The notes beneath the pieces were generated by a model, which saw only the letters and a program-made list of their open reading frames with translations, did not search any database and was not told the DNA's origin. DNA of 61,817 bases, counting the filler, from Collodictyon triciliatum (lineage: Eukaryota): the NCBI GenBank assembly GCA_043381765.1. It is 6 parts of 6 records of this genome, joined end to end, with 100 filler letters (N's around TTAATTAATTAA, not from the genome) between each part and the next. Parts side by side here need not be neighbours in the genome. Positions count along the whole stretch, not along the records: positions 1 to 14,042 come from JBHJMP010000487.1; positions 14,143 to 29,995 come from JBHJMP010000488.1; 4 more parts are not named here. One strand, written 5' to 3'. The stretch's first letter is position 1; each line of letters starts with the position of its first letter. Below are positions 13,301 through 26,200 of this stretch, one piece after another. Position numbers and translations under genes: made by a program.

Positions 13301-13909
13301 AAAAAAACTCACAAAATATCGCAGTGCTTGACAGTGGATGTCGAGACCAACAGTAAGGCTAAGCTCATCATAGTCGCAGGCATGGGTGTCAACGTCAATC
13401 TGAGTATTGATGAAATCATGTTGAAAGGAAAGGTAATTCGATAAAGCAAATTTTGCAGAATACTGGATTTGTTTACCGACTACCAACAAGAATTTTGCAA
13501 GATAAATATTTTCATCGATTGTATTTGCAGCTTCGTCTTGAGCTTAAGCTTGTGGACGAATCTCCATATCTCGGGCTCATCAGTTTCCAATTCGTGGGTG
13601 AGCCGGAACTCAACTACAGCATAACCCCCCTCGGAACAACAGACATTATGGATATTGAATTCATAGCTGAGTCGATTCGGAGTATGATTCGTGTAAGGCT
13701 ATAGTGGCATGATATTCACAGCTACATGCGTATAAGATTACTTTAAATTACCATATTTACTTCTGCTCTTTTGCAGGACCTGATTCGCTTCTATTTAGTG
13801 GAGCATTCAATAAAAATTCCACTTGCTAGTTCGGAGGTCCAAGAGTCAGGTTACCAGTTGGTCTTCAGTATAATTGGTGCTAGCAACCTACCAGAACCCG
13901 AAATGACTA
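6818..13909 (+). CDS. Anoctamin/TMEM16 fused to membrane hairpin + SMP domain + partial C2 domain (3' end lost at contig end)
   Basis: ATG 6818 (MDAEFEEPPKK). Anoctamin motifs IHEYFGDEIAFYFGWL, IELWKRK, DYFEI-VLQFALVSSFATAAPIAPLLAYFNNIIEWNGD, FEHVIYGLKSWAAYAIPDIPEWV. Phase-0 GT-AG introns then lead in frame to exons 12421-12696, 12800-12937 (DPEGVEWLNYVMDSIW), 13022-13114 (CDLGTRAPVF), 13325-13432, 13531-13692 and 13777-13909 (LVFSIIGASNLP). Confidence 0.85.
11766..11797. repeat. Perfect 32-bp palindrome in an intron
   Basis: TCAACATATACTTAAT followed directly by its reverse complement ATTAAGTATATGTTGA. Confidence 0.9.
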
Positions 13910-14042
13910 GTAAGCGATTGCCTAATAATAATTCTTTTGTTTTCTTCTTTTTCTTCTTTTTCTTCTTTTTCTTCTTTTTCTTCTTTTTCTTCTTTTTCTT
14001 CTTTTTCTTCTTTTTCTTCTTTTTCTTCTTTTTCTTCTTTTT

Positions 14043-14142
14043 NNNNNNNNNNNNNNNNNNNNNNNNNNNNNNNNNNNNNNNNNNNNTTAATTAATTAANN
14101 NNNNNNNNNNNNNNNNNNNNNNNNNNNNNNNNNNNNNNNNNN
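14043..14142. other. Artificial contig linker (N44-TTAATTAATTAA-N44)
   Basis: 12-mer with stops in all six frames embedded in Ns. Confidence 0.95.
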
Positions 14143-14249
14143 TTTTTTGTCTTTTTTTTGTCTTTTTTTTGTCTTTTTTTGTCTTTTTTTTTGTGTGTCT
14201 TCTTTTCTAATTTTTTTGACCGTACAATATATTGTTCATGTTTCTTTAG

Positions 14250-17200
14250 ATGGTCACTAAAATTCCGTGACGAGCCGATGGAAAAACTGTTCAGAGAGCA
14301 GTACATTCGCCACTCGCTGCTGCGTCTTCAAATTGTTGGCATTATCGGAACTTTGTGCGCGTTATACTTTACAATCGATCAGGCTCATTACTCTACTGAT
14401 TTTCTAATCGTCCGGGCAATACTTACTTCTCTATTGGGGTTGATATCGATTATGATGAACAAATATGCCATGAAGAACATGAATCTGGTTCTTTATCTCT
14501 CGGACTTTCAAATAATAATCGGGTTTCTAATTTTGGTTTTTGGTCGAGTTGTTGAGGATACTAATGGGGCATCAGGATTGGGTATTCTGATTATCGGATG
14601 TATCTATGGATGCGTGAGACTAGACTTCCGCCACTCTTTGTTTTGTGCAGTATCTTGTTTCCTCATATTCACCATTTCAACAGCTTCTTATTCCAGTTCA
14701 AAGACAACCGTCATGTCAATGATTTGTATCATGGCTGGTCTCTTTTCCCTTACATCAACGGGTTACTACCTAATGCTATACATAAAAAACACATTTTACC
14801 GACAGCTCTGGCTAAATAGAGAGAAATTTTCCATTCAAAAGGAGAAATTAAAAGTGACAAGATTAGCAGGGTTAGATGAATTCATTTATATTGCTATTTC
14901 CTTCAGTATTATTCTATAAGTGATTCAAAATATTCTCAACTCCTTCACTGTAATAATCGTGAATTAGTTGTATCGTACCCATACCAGTGGTTGAGAAGTT
15001 ACAGAACGAGCTTAATCGCCTTAACGTAAAAAAAAAAAAAACAACTTAAATTATGAATGAACAGGCTGATTTGATTTCTGGCTCTGTTCTCTATTCATTT
15101 ATGCTTTAGGCCATTTCCATGATGAGAAAACGCAATCTTATCATTTTTTCATTATCAATATTACCAGGCCGGATTGTGTGAAAGTGTTCTGATAGCAGAA
15201 AGTTTTCAGGATTCAAGTTTCATGTTTCTCTCTATTGGAAGGTATGATTATCAATAAATCGTGACATTTACGTAGACTTGCGGTATATTATGTAATCATG
15301 AAAACCAAAGGCCTTGAATCTCCCTCAAATTAATTTTCTTTCAGTAATAAGTCACCATATTTTCTATAGCCAACTAATTAGTGAAAAAGACTATTCTGCG
15401 GTCGAGCTCGTAAGTGATTGAGGCTCATAATTTCTTCTACTTTTACTTTTACTTTTACTTTTACTTTTACTTTTACTTTTACTTTTACTTTTACTTTTAC
15501 TTTTACTTTTACTTTTACTTTTACTTTTACTTTTACTTCTACTTCTACTTCTACTTCTACTTCTACTTCTACTTCTACTTCTACTTCTACTTCTACTTCT
15601 ACTTCTACTTCTACTTCTACTTCTACTTCTTCTATACTATACTATACTATACTATACTATACTATACTATACTATACTATACTATACTATATGATTATTA
15701 TTTCATGATTAGTTAGGAATGCTGTGTGGTATTATAATATTGATAAATGTCGAGTAGATGCCTAAACACATCGGTACACATCTAGGTAGATGCCATCAAT
15801 AGATTTGTGTCCCTAATTGACCACTTGTGCAACGAATACGGTGTCGAGCGAATTAAGTCCATTGGAAACTATGTGTTGGTAATCATTCTTTGATGAATTT
15901 TACTTTTCATTTAAATAGTGCATCTATAACTACTATATCCATCCAATCAAGTATTAAAAAAAAAACCTAAACATTCACGTTTAGATCGCTAGTGGTGTTC
16001 CTGTACCTTGTAGAAACCATGCCCAGCGATTACTTCTCCTTGCCATTAACATTATGAAAAGGCTACCAGAACTCCGCTCCCAGCACCGGTTGCTGAAGGA
16101 TGCATATATCCGCATTGGAATTAACTCTGGTCCCTGTATTGCTGGTGCCATCGGTATCACACGCCTAGCGTATGATGTCTGGTGTGTAAGAAGCGTCATA
16201 TACACTTATTTCAAGTTATTCGTGTCACTACATTATATAAGTTCATTCAGCTGACATCATCTTAATTGTGCAAGCATAATGCTTTATTTTTTCCTCTCTA
16301 TTCTTCATTTTCTGGTTGTTTTTGAAAGATGCAATTTTTCCTTTTCAAATGAGTCAATGGACATCATAATTGATTTATTATCTTATGAACCTCCCTCTTA
16401 GTATTATCTAATTTAATACATATGATGAAAACATCAGGGGAGATAGTGTTAACGTATCAAGTAGAATGGAACTTCATGGAGAAGATAATCATATACATGT
16501 AACTAACGTTGTTTTTCAACATTGTAATGGAGAATTCAAGTTTATCTCTCGCGGAATTATAAATGTTAAAGGAAAGGTATTAAACATGTCGAATCCGTCA
16601 ACGCCATGATTATTTTGAGTTATCATGTTTAAGTCGTGACGTACACTCAGAATGGCATCAATCTTTGCTTATTTATTTACTTGTATTAAGGGTCCTATGG
16701 AAACATACTTTCTGGATTTAAATACTCATCTGCATCTAGCCCTATCCTCTCACATTAAGGAAGATATTGCAATAAATCGTAACCATTCATATTGCCGGGT
16801 TTCATAGATACATGTGTACTAATTTATCTGTGCATATTTTTTCCGTTTTAGCCGTTTATATGAACAGACTTAAGTAAGAGTATAAATGGGAATGTCATAT
16901 AGGCGTCCCAAGGCTTGCTTCACATGAGTCTTTATCAGAAGAGGATGTCATTTTTATGAAGCCGAAGCTGTAATAACTTATTCCTAAAAGAAAAAAATAT
17001 ATAGAAATGAAGTTAGCCAAGCATGTAATGCACCGTTGTAAAATAATTGGGGATTTCTATTATAATAGCAAAATGAACCCGTTCACTTTTGAGTTTGAAG
17101 ATATCAATACTGAGGAGGAATATATTTCAAGGTACATATCTAATTTCATTATATGGCGTCTTTCCTCATTGTCCCAAACGTACAATCTAAAGTAACTAAG

Positions 17201-20200
17201 AATGGAATATTATAATCCAGATTATACTCATCGATGAAGGATTTCAGATGGCCTCTGTTTATATTTGCATTTATGGGAACTTTTTGGTTAATATTCGATT
17301 TGGAAAAGGCAACTTCCCATAAAGATATATTAATTGGAACGAGGCTGTGCATCGATTTCCTTCTAATAATTACATTGGTCGCATTGAGTTACTCTTCTAT
17401 ATTCAGAGGAAAGTAAGATAATAACAACCACACACTTTTATTTTATTTTTTTTATCGAAAGTCTAAAAATTATGTATCCATTATTTACGTAAACAAGCAA
17501 ACTAAATTTTACTTGAAATTGCGTATATATTTTTATATTGGGGCATTTTTTTTTGTCGCTTTTAAAGACTCATCCTCCTGGACATATCCAAATCACATAT
17601 AATGCAATACATTACAGAATCGCTCGTGCTTCAATATGCTCAGTGTTTGTAGTGATCGGGTTTATGATTCTATTTCGTTTATACATTATCGCCGCGGAGT
17701 TACCCGATGATAATAAAGGTATTTACTCCATCTGTTATGTGCAGATTTCTTGAGACGAGAAAATTTGGTCATGGATTTCCTCCATAATTCTCAATAAATC
17801 TGCATTATGTTAATAGCTCTAAATTAATTCCTCTAATAACCATGACATTAGAATGTTGATAAAAATATATATTTTTTTAGCAATAACAGATATCACTTGG
17901 TTCGATTCCAACTTTTATTACTTTATGGTCTTTGTTTCATACTTTCCAAAAATGAGATTTATCGATTCTCTCTGTATCAGCTGTATTTTTTACGGATTAA
18001 TATTGGTAAGCTCAAAGAATTTTTCCTGATAAATAAGCCGATGATCAATCGAGATTTTTGTCACTACTTTTTAAGATTGTGTCTGGTTTCACCATGCATC
18101 TTTAGATGGGTCTATAAGTTGACAAAAATTTATTTCATTCATAATGCACCTCTACTTACTTTTGTTTAGCTTATCTACGCGTCTGCCAGTCTTGATGCTC
18201 TGCTATTGAATTTTATCTCTGTCATTTTCTTGTTTATTATTTCTGTCTTTTCGGCATACCATGTTGAGCATTATCTTCGAACTTCATTTGCGCTTGCTCT
18301 GGAGATTCAGGTCGTCTGAAAACATATCAGAAAGAAATAGTTCAGTCTCTATGAAATTATAAGTCACTTACACTAAAAAAAAAAAATTTTAAAAAATGAA
18401 GGAAGAGTCTAAGTACATGGTCAAAGAGCAAACAAAGGCGAAGCAGCTTATTTTATCCATTCTCCCAAAGGTACTACTTAATTAATACATTATAGTAATG
18501 TGTATTTAGTTGAATAGAACAAAGAAGGGTTAAGGCGAATCATATGTTGGCTAATTTCATGTTGTATATATCACATGCTATGTAATTTTAACACGGGTTT
18601 CGTGGGAACACGATAGCAAATATTTGAACAACTTCGAGAGTACGATTCTGTCATAGCAGAACAGCATGATGGAGCGTGTGTCATGTACGCTGATGTTGTT
18701 GGGTGAGAAAGATAAAGAAACAAGTCCAAGATGCCCATTCTCTTTCATCGCTCACTTATGAAATTATCCATGCAATATTTTCAAAAAAATTGCTATTATT
18801 TTATTTCAAAGATTTACGGTCATGAGTGGTGAGATGAGCCTTGCAGCCTTGTTGACCATGCTTAATTCGATATTCCTAATATTTGATCAACTTTGTCGTA
18901 AATATGGCTTGCAGAAACTGAAGACTCTTGGAGATTGTGTTGTGGTACGCCAAATGTGTACATCCCTTTTTCCTTTAGCATCTTAAATGTGTTGTAATAC
19001 TATGTTGATGCTATTCATTATAAATATTCGATAAAATAATATTTTGCGTGTATGGTACTGGTAATTGATATGAATCAAAGTCATTACCATAATAACAATA
19101 ACACATAGATTAACAAATGAACATTAATAAAAAAATAAAGTAGAATATAATAATATAAGGAATTATCATAAAGGAAAAAATATAAGGAATTATCATGGAT
19201 TAAGAGCCATATAACAGGTGGCTGGTGGTGTATCGCACGAACCTGGCAGAAAGGAGACTCGAGAAGACAAGTTGAAACACATCGAAAACTTATTGCACCT
19301 ATCGTTAGAGATACATGAGGCAGCAAAGCAAATTTCTGAGAAAATGAAACGCCCCATCCAGTTTCGTGCTGGAGTAGCCGCCGGATATGTTGTCGCTGGT
19401 GTTATTGGGAAGACGAAATTTGCATATGACATGGTAATGGACGTGTACATATCTAACAATTTGTGTAATATTGAGATTTTTTTTTATTCTTCCTTTCAAT
19501 TTTGTGCAGTATTGTGTAATATTGAGATTTTTTAGTAAAAAATTAACCAAAGAAACAAAATCAAGAAAGGAAAAGAAGCTTTTTTTGTGATGCGTTTAAA
19601 TGGATATCAGTCTTTTTCTTTTCTATTTCCACTTTTCTTTTTCTTTTCTTTTTCTTTTTCTTTTTCTTTTTCTTTTTCTTTTTCTTTTTCTTTTTCTTTT
19701 TCTTTTTCTTTTTCTTTTTCTTTTTCTTTTCTTTTTCTTTTCTTTTTCTTTTCTTTTTCTTTTCTTTTTCTTTTCTTTTTCTTTTCTTTTTCTTTTCTTT
19801 TTCTTTTCTTTTTCTTTTCTTTTTCTTTTNNNNNNNNNNNNNNNNNNNNNNNNNNNNNNNNNNNNNNNNNNNNNNNNNNNNNNNNNNNNNNNNNNNNNNN
19901 NNNNNNNNNNNNNNNNNNNNNNNNNNNNNTCTTTTCTCTCTTTTCTCTCTTTTCTCTCTTTTCTCTCTTTTCTCTCTTTTCTCTCTTTTCTCTCTTTTCT
20001 CTCTTTTCTCTCTTTTCTCTCTTTTTGCTCTTTTTGCTCTTTTTGCTCTTTTTGCTCTTATTCTAACCCCTAAGAATGAAATTGAATTAGTATCAGCTTG
20101 TGAGGCTGATATTTTTTTTTAAAAAAAAAAATAATAATTCGGTTTCCCTACTTAATGTCACATCGCAGTGGGGAGATGCTGTCAAGGAAGCCAATCTGAT

Positions 20201-20357
20201 GGAGTCTACTGGAATCCCTGGACGCACGCAAGTGACGCGCCAAATACGGAAAAGGATGGACAAAAAATTCGATTTCGAACGAAACCCTCGAGAGGAGGAT
20301 TTATTTGGCTTCCTGGTTGTCTCTGCCAAAGATAACACCGCAGAAGTTACTCCATGA
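14250..20357 (+). CDS. Membrane class III nucleotidyl cyclase with two TM bundles and two catalytic domains, probably adenylyl cyclase; 5' end missing
   Basis: WSLKFRDEPMEKLF + TM bundle; domain 1 [65 protein letters not shown] + second TM bundle; domain 2 [46 protein letters not shown]; TGA at 20355-20357. Confidence 0.92.
15436..15692. repeat. Compound microsatellite (TTTTAC)n-(TTCTAC)n-(TATAC)n, intronic
   Basis: Direct reading; inside a cyclase intron. Confidence 0.9.
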
Positions 20358-21260
20358 ATATGATAGCATTGCCACAAATAAATTCTTTTCGTTGCTAGTG
20401 TGATTTGAAATGGTTATTTAACTACGAATATATACGCATTTACCATTGTTATGGTTTCTATCTGATTGTTTTTCATGTTACACCTTCTATCTTTCGTGTT
20501 GAGCACGCTGCCGCCCCGAAACCCCTCCCTGCTGGGCGTCTAATTCAATTTGGTTGTAATATCCAGATGTGGATAACGTTTGAGTAAGCTTAGTTTAAAC
20601 AAAAGATACAGAGAAAATCATTTTTTTTGGAATAATCCTGCCGTTACGAATCTCTTTTCTCTCCCTCTTCCTAATGTGCGCAACGCTGGCGACTTTGCCA
20701 CAATCATAGGAAAGCAGGCCGAACCCGCGAAGTCGTCGAGAGGAGAGCAGCCAAGCAGCCAAGCAGGCGCATGTGAGAATCAAAGAAGCGTCTGAGTGAG
20801 TTTGTGTGTATGTGTGAAGAGAATGCCTTGTGAGTCGCTACCGTGTCCTTGAGACACTGGTCGATTGATTTACTTGGCTTTTGGTGGGCGACAAAGCGAC
20901 AAAGCGGCCCGGTCTGATCGGCTCGTTCTTAAAATAAAATAAATAAATAAATAAATAAATAGGAAGCCTTGAATACAACAACAGCAGCGCTTCGTTCCTG
21001 ACATCCTTTGACGAATAGAAACTTGAGCAAAGCGCAGCAGGAGCCTTTGGATCAGGCATACGTTTTGAAGAGACAACTGAGGCTATTGACGCGCCAATCT
21101 GTCCACGAGCATTCTTGAATGGGGGTATGAGCACTGAACTTAAAATCGATGCCTCTTTCTCCAACACAAATAGTGATGGAAGGCAAGCACCTTTTTCTTC
21201 CCTATTTTACCCCTGGTTTCCTCTATGATTTCCTGCGCTGACGCTGTATTGTTTCTGTAG

Positions 21261-24200
21261 GACGCAGCCATATTTGAGGACCCTGGAAAAGCCAAAGACA
21301 AAAAAGATGGCTTTGAAGAACTTGGGTTTGATTCAAATGCGTTCGAGGCCCTGGAACGTGACTTCCAAGAGGTGAATAAACTTCCCGAATGAATTCTTTC
21401 ATTTGGATTGTATGTTTGTATTCTTCATTTTGTATTGCTGCAACGTACCATCCGTGAGTTGATAATCATTTTCTGTATATTTTTTCATGGCCCCATACAT
21501 TTCTGACACTTTTTTTCTTCGCTAAGGTGCTGACTGAGCTTGTTGGAGACAAGAGTCTCGAGCGTTTTCGGATTGAATACGAGAAACTTCACCGAGCACT
21601 AAAGAAATCGCACGAAAGCGAGAAGCGACTCATAAAGAAATGCCGCGAACTAAACGCAGAGATTGTAGCCAATGCAGCTAAAGTACAGACTGCATTGAAG
21701 CTATCTCAAGAAGACCAAAACACGATAGCATCGCTCAAGAAAGTATGTCTCGGTATAATAACTGTGGTGATAACCCATATAGAAAAGTCGAAATATAATA
21801 TTGTTTTATCTTCTTTATTTAAACTTCCAAAACAAATAGGAAATTGAGAAAGCATGGAAAATGGTCGATGCATCTCATGAAAAGGAAGCTCGTGCTAAAG
21901 AAACGATTCAGCAGCTGAAACTCGAAATCAGCAATCTAAGTAAGCTAGTTGAACAGGGAGCAGGTTTGACCATAGGCCAAGAACACAGCGTTAATGAGCT
22001 TCTGAAAATAAAGGATGACCTAACCAAAGGTAGCCTTTTTATTTCTTAATTAATTATATCTAATTGATTACCAAGACTTCGATATACCAGTGCAGATAGA
22101 CAAGTTGTTCTAATTCGCACAAAATCTAGAGCGTGACGGACATCTCAGCCAAATAGTAGCTCTTCGAAATGAAATATCCGATTTGTTAGAGAAAGTTCGC
22201 GGTTTGGAAGACAGCAAATTATCTGGAGACCATGAGATTCAGAGTCTGAAAGATCAACTAACTTCAAAGAAGGCTGATGCAGACCGTGAACAGAGAAGAA
22301 AGGAGAGGTTAGAAAAAGAAGTCAAGGTATGTTTTCTTCTGGTTTCAACCTCGATCAAATGAAACTCATACTTTCATATAGATAATTAAATATTTGAATC
22401 TGAATCAGATATATATTTAACAAAAAAAAAATTAAATAAAAAGGAGTTGAAGCTTATTTTGGAGACTCGTGCTGGTGAGTTAAAGATGAAACAATCACAA
22501 ATTGCCACAACTACAGAACAAGTTACCAAACTGGAGCACCAAATCCGAGAGCAGAAATCACTAACAGATAAAGCATTGAAAGACTACGATAATTTGAACC
22601 AGAAAACCCTCAAGCTCCAGCAGGATCTCGAGGAAAGATTCCACTCCAACGAGCAACTGGCTGCAGAGAACTCTCAGAAAGTCACAGAACTGAAGGTCAA
22701 AGACGAGGAAATTCAGAGGTTAAAGCAGGAGACTCTTAAAGTGAATAGAATCCGCGAGAGTTTAATGAAAAAGATTAAGCAACTGGAAGACCAGAAAGTA
22801 GAATTAGACCAGTCGAAAGATCAATTACGCCAAGAGATTGTTGCGCTAGAGCATGAAATTGAAGCACAGAGAAAGCAAATTGAGTCTGACAAGGATGACA
22901 GAGACGACCTCATTCGCGAGCGAGACATTTTAAATAAAAATCTTTTGAAAGCAGCTGGAGCTACTCAGAAGCAGATGGACATGGTCAAGGTTACAGAGAA
23001 TACGAAGAAAAATCTTGAACAGGAAATTGGAGGATATAAGACTGAGGCACAAAAACAAAGAAAGGTCTGTATGTCCACTATTTATGAACTGTAAATTAAA
23101 TTAAAAATTTCCTTTACAAAAAATAATTATAATCTGGGCCATATACAATGGAAATGAATATAAAAAAATAACGAATGAATGTTTTCTGACTGTGATGTTC
23201 CATTTAGATGATTTATCAACTTGAGAAGGAAAGAGAAAAGTATGGACAAGAAGCTGCCGAGGCTACAGCAAAGCATCTTCAGGCTCTTGAAGAGGTTAAA
23301 ATACGAGATATGACAATCATGGATTTACAAAAGAAAATTGCCGAAGGAGAGACCAAGCTGAAACAGCAACAGGTAAAACAAAAAAAAATAAAAGAACAAA
23401 GATTATAAAAATTACGCCATTCTATTCCCTATTTGATATATTTAAGTTTCTGTTTCATATGAAAATCATAAACGAATACTCTGTTCACTTTGTTTTGTGC
23501 CCTTTTTTTAAAATGTATTTATTTATATTTATTCATTTTTAGAATTTATATGAAGCTGTCCGTTCCGACAGAAATCTCTATAGCAAGAATTTAATTGAAG
23601 CTCAAGACGAGATTGCAGAGATGAAGAGAAAGTTCAAGATTATGAACCACNNNNNNNNNNNNNNNNNNNNNNNNNNNNNNNNNNNNNNNNNNNNNNNNNN
23701 NNNNNNNNNNNNNNNNNNNNNNNNNNNNNNNNNNNNNNNNNNNNNNNNNNNNNNNNNNNNNNNNNNNNNNNNNNNNNNNNNNNNNNNNNNNNNNNNNNNN
23801 NNNNNNNNNNNNNNNNNNNNNNNNNNNNNNNNNNNNNNNNNNNNNNNNNNNNNNNNNNNNNNNNNNNNNNNNNNNNNNNNNNNNNNNNNNNNNNNNNNNN
23901 NNNNNNNNNNNNNNNNNNNNNNNNNNNNNNNNNNNNNNNNNNNNNNNNNNNNNNNNNNNNNNNNNNNNNNNNNNNNNNNNNNNNNNNNNNNNNNNNNNNN
24001 NNNNNNNNNNNNNNNNNNNNNNNNNNNNNNNNNNNNNNNNNNNNNNNNNNNNNNNNNNNNNNNNNNNNNNNNNNNNNNNNNNNNNNNNNNNNNNNNNNNN
24101 NNNNNNTTCGCCAGAAGAAGGAGTACGAAATGGTCATCAACGAACGAGTAACTTATTAGTATTTATTTTTGGAAGAGATATTGAGGAAAGGCATAGAAGT

Positions 24201-25435
24201 ATTGTATTGTTAACTAGATTTTCTTCTTCTTTTTCTTATATGTCTAATATTGGTCCTGAAAGGATATTCTCGGGACACAACTTATTCGACGTAATGACGA
24301 GCTGGCACTTCTCTATGAGAAGATTAAAATACAGCAGAGCACCCTCAGCAAAGGAGAGATTCAATACAGACAACGAATCGAAGATATTCGTATTCTAAAA
24401 CTCAAAGTCAACGATATGAAGAGAGAGCTTCATATTCTAAAATCCCAGGTGAAAAATGTGGATGTGCTTCGCAACGAGGTCTATCATCTCCAACGCGAAC
24501 TTCTGCAAGAACGGACCAAAGTCAAAGCTCTCAGTGAAGAACTGGAAAATCCTATGAACGTACACCGCTGGAGAAAGCTGGAGGGCTCAGACCCCAGCAC
24601 GTACGAGATGATTCAAAAGATTCAGACTTTGCAAAAAAGACTGATTGGAAAGACAGAGGAGGTCTTGCTGATACACTACCCTATGTTTAGTTTTATGATA
24701 TTAACTTTTGCATTATTATAATTCTTATCAGTGAAAGATATTCATGTCGATGTTTGTCTTTTTTTTTAAAAAAAAATAATTATCGCCACTGGATTTCTCT
24801 ACAGGTTGTGGAAAAAGACTTGCTCATTCAAGAAAAAGAAAAACTTTATGTTGAGTTGAAAAACATCCTTGCTCGCCAACCAGGACCCGAGGTTGCCGAA
24901 CAGCTCAATGTCTACCAGCAAGGTCTCAAAGACAAGACGCGACAAATGAAGGTATTTCATCTTTGTTTTCATTTCTATCCTCATCCGATTACCCCTAAAT
25001 GCCTTATTTATTTATATCGGAATGAACCATTTTAGTAATTCCTTTTCTCATTTTTTTTCCACCCTAATCACTCGTCTCACCATATAAAAGGCGATGGCGT
25101 CCGAGTTGAATATGTATCAAGCACGTGTGAATGAATATAAGTACGAAATCGAACGCTTGGCACGAGAGCTTCAAGATATTAAAAAGAAGTATTACGAGCA
25201 AAAGAAGCGAGAACAAGTCAGAAGGTATTGAATATACTTCAAATCTGATTTATATTGTTCTTGGTATCGAGGAAAATGAATTCGACTGTCTCCAATACCG
25301 TCTGAACAGTGTGTGATTTTTCACAGGGACAAGGACCCGTCCACTGAGTCAGCTCCGGCAAAGATGTCGATGAGCCTGTCAAGTGGGGACCAGCCGCGGT
25401 TCACGGGCGGTGGATTCAACTTGTCTGTGGTATAG
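21261..25435 (+). CDS. CFAP58: Cilia- and flagella-associated protein 58 (CCDC147), multi-exon; first exon unresolved, 456-N gap inside
   Basis: AFEALERDFQEVLTELVGDKSLERFRIEYEKLHRALKKSHESEKRL, LSEELENPMNVHRWRKLEGSDP, LKNILARQPGPEVAEQL, C-terminal PRFTGGGFNL and TAG at 25433-25435; long coiled coil. Confidence 0.92.
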
Positions 25436-25976
25436 CATTACCTGACAGGGCGTTTTACTGTCAGCCTGCAGATGTGCCCATGATGGCCAAACGCTTGACT
25501 CTCAAGACTCATATTCTCTTCCTTTTCTTCCTATCTTTTTTTCCCTTCTATTCTCTTTTTGGTTCTACCGATAACTTTGTTTGACAGTTCCTAAAACCTG
25601 ACATTTTCTACAACTATAAAACCTGCCAACCCTCAAAGAATGGGTCTTGAAGAGTGTCACGCGCATTGCCTATCTCGCGGCATGAGAATCATCTGTAAAG
25701 AGAAAGTATGGAAGACATGGAAGATGTCTGACGCGAAAAAGCTATTGAAATGTTTGCTGAAACAATTCTTTCGATAGATCCAATTGCCATTAAATACTTT
25801 TAGCTCTAGCAACTTATTTAGGCAACAATTATATTTTCTGCCCGGTGCATTAAATATATGTCAATTTGTCCTCCTGAGGTATAAAATATTGTAATATGTA
25901 CTAATAAAGTAGATTTTTATATCTACCGACAGAATATGTATTTATATATTTATTATTTACTTAACTCTGCAAGAAA

Positions 25977-26058
25977 GACACTTTGGCCGAGTGGTTAAGG
26001 CGGCAGCCTGCTAAGCTGTTTCCTTCTGGGAGCGAGAGTTCGAATCTCTCAGGTGTCG
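25977..26058 (+). tRNA. tRNA-Ser (anticodon GCT)
   Basis: Acceptor stem GACACTT/AGGTGTC, D-arm TGGCCGAGTGGTTAAGGC, anticodon arm GCAGC-CTGCTAA-GCTGT, long variable arm, T-loop GTTCGAATC, downstream oligo-T Pol III terminator. Confidence 0.95.
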
Positions 26059-26200
26059 AATATTTTTTTCTATGGGCTCACAGCTCTTTTTTCTCACTTT
26101 GCTTTCCAGCCAGCGGGTTGGGTGATGGAGATAGAAGCTGCTGCTTCGTTGTGTAAGCCAGCACACGCGGACGATTTTTAACAAAGGCCTTAGCACAATC

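Noticed and set aside
14087-14098. TTAATTAATTAA repeated five times as a possible biological motif
   Set aside because: Always centred in 44+44 Ns; an artificial six-frame-stop linker.
19460-19533. Duplicated TTGTGTAATATTGAGATTTTTT
   Set aside because: Short local duplication within an intron; no other copies or element features seen.
20822-21190. Candidate first exons of CFAP58, including a possible GC donor near 21183
   Set aside because: Could not reconcile phase with the acceptor at 21260; left unannotated.
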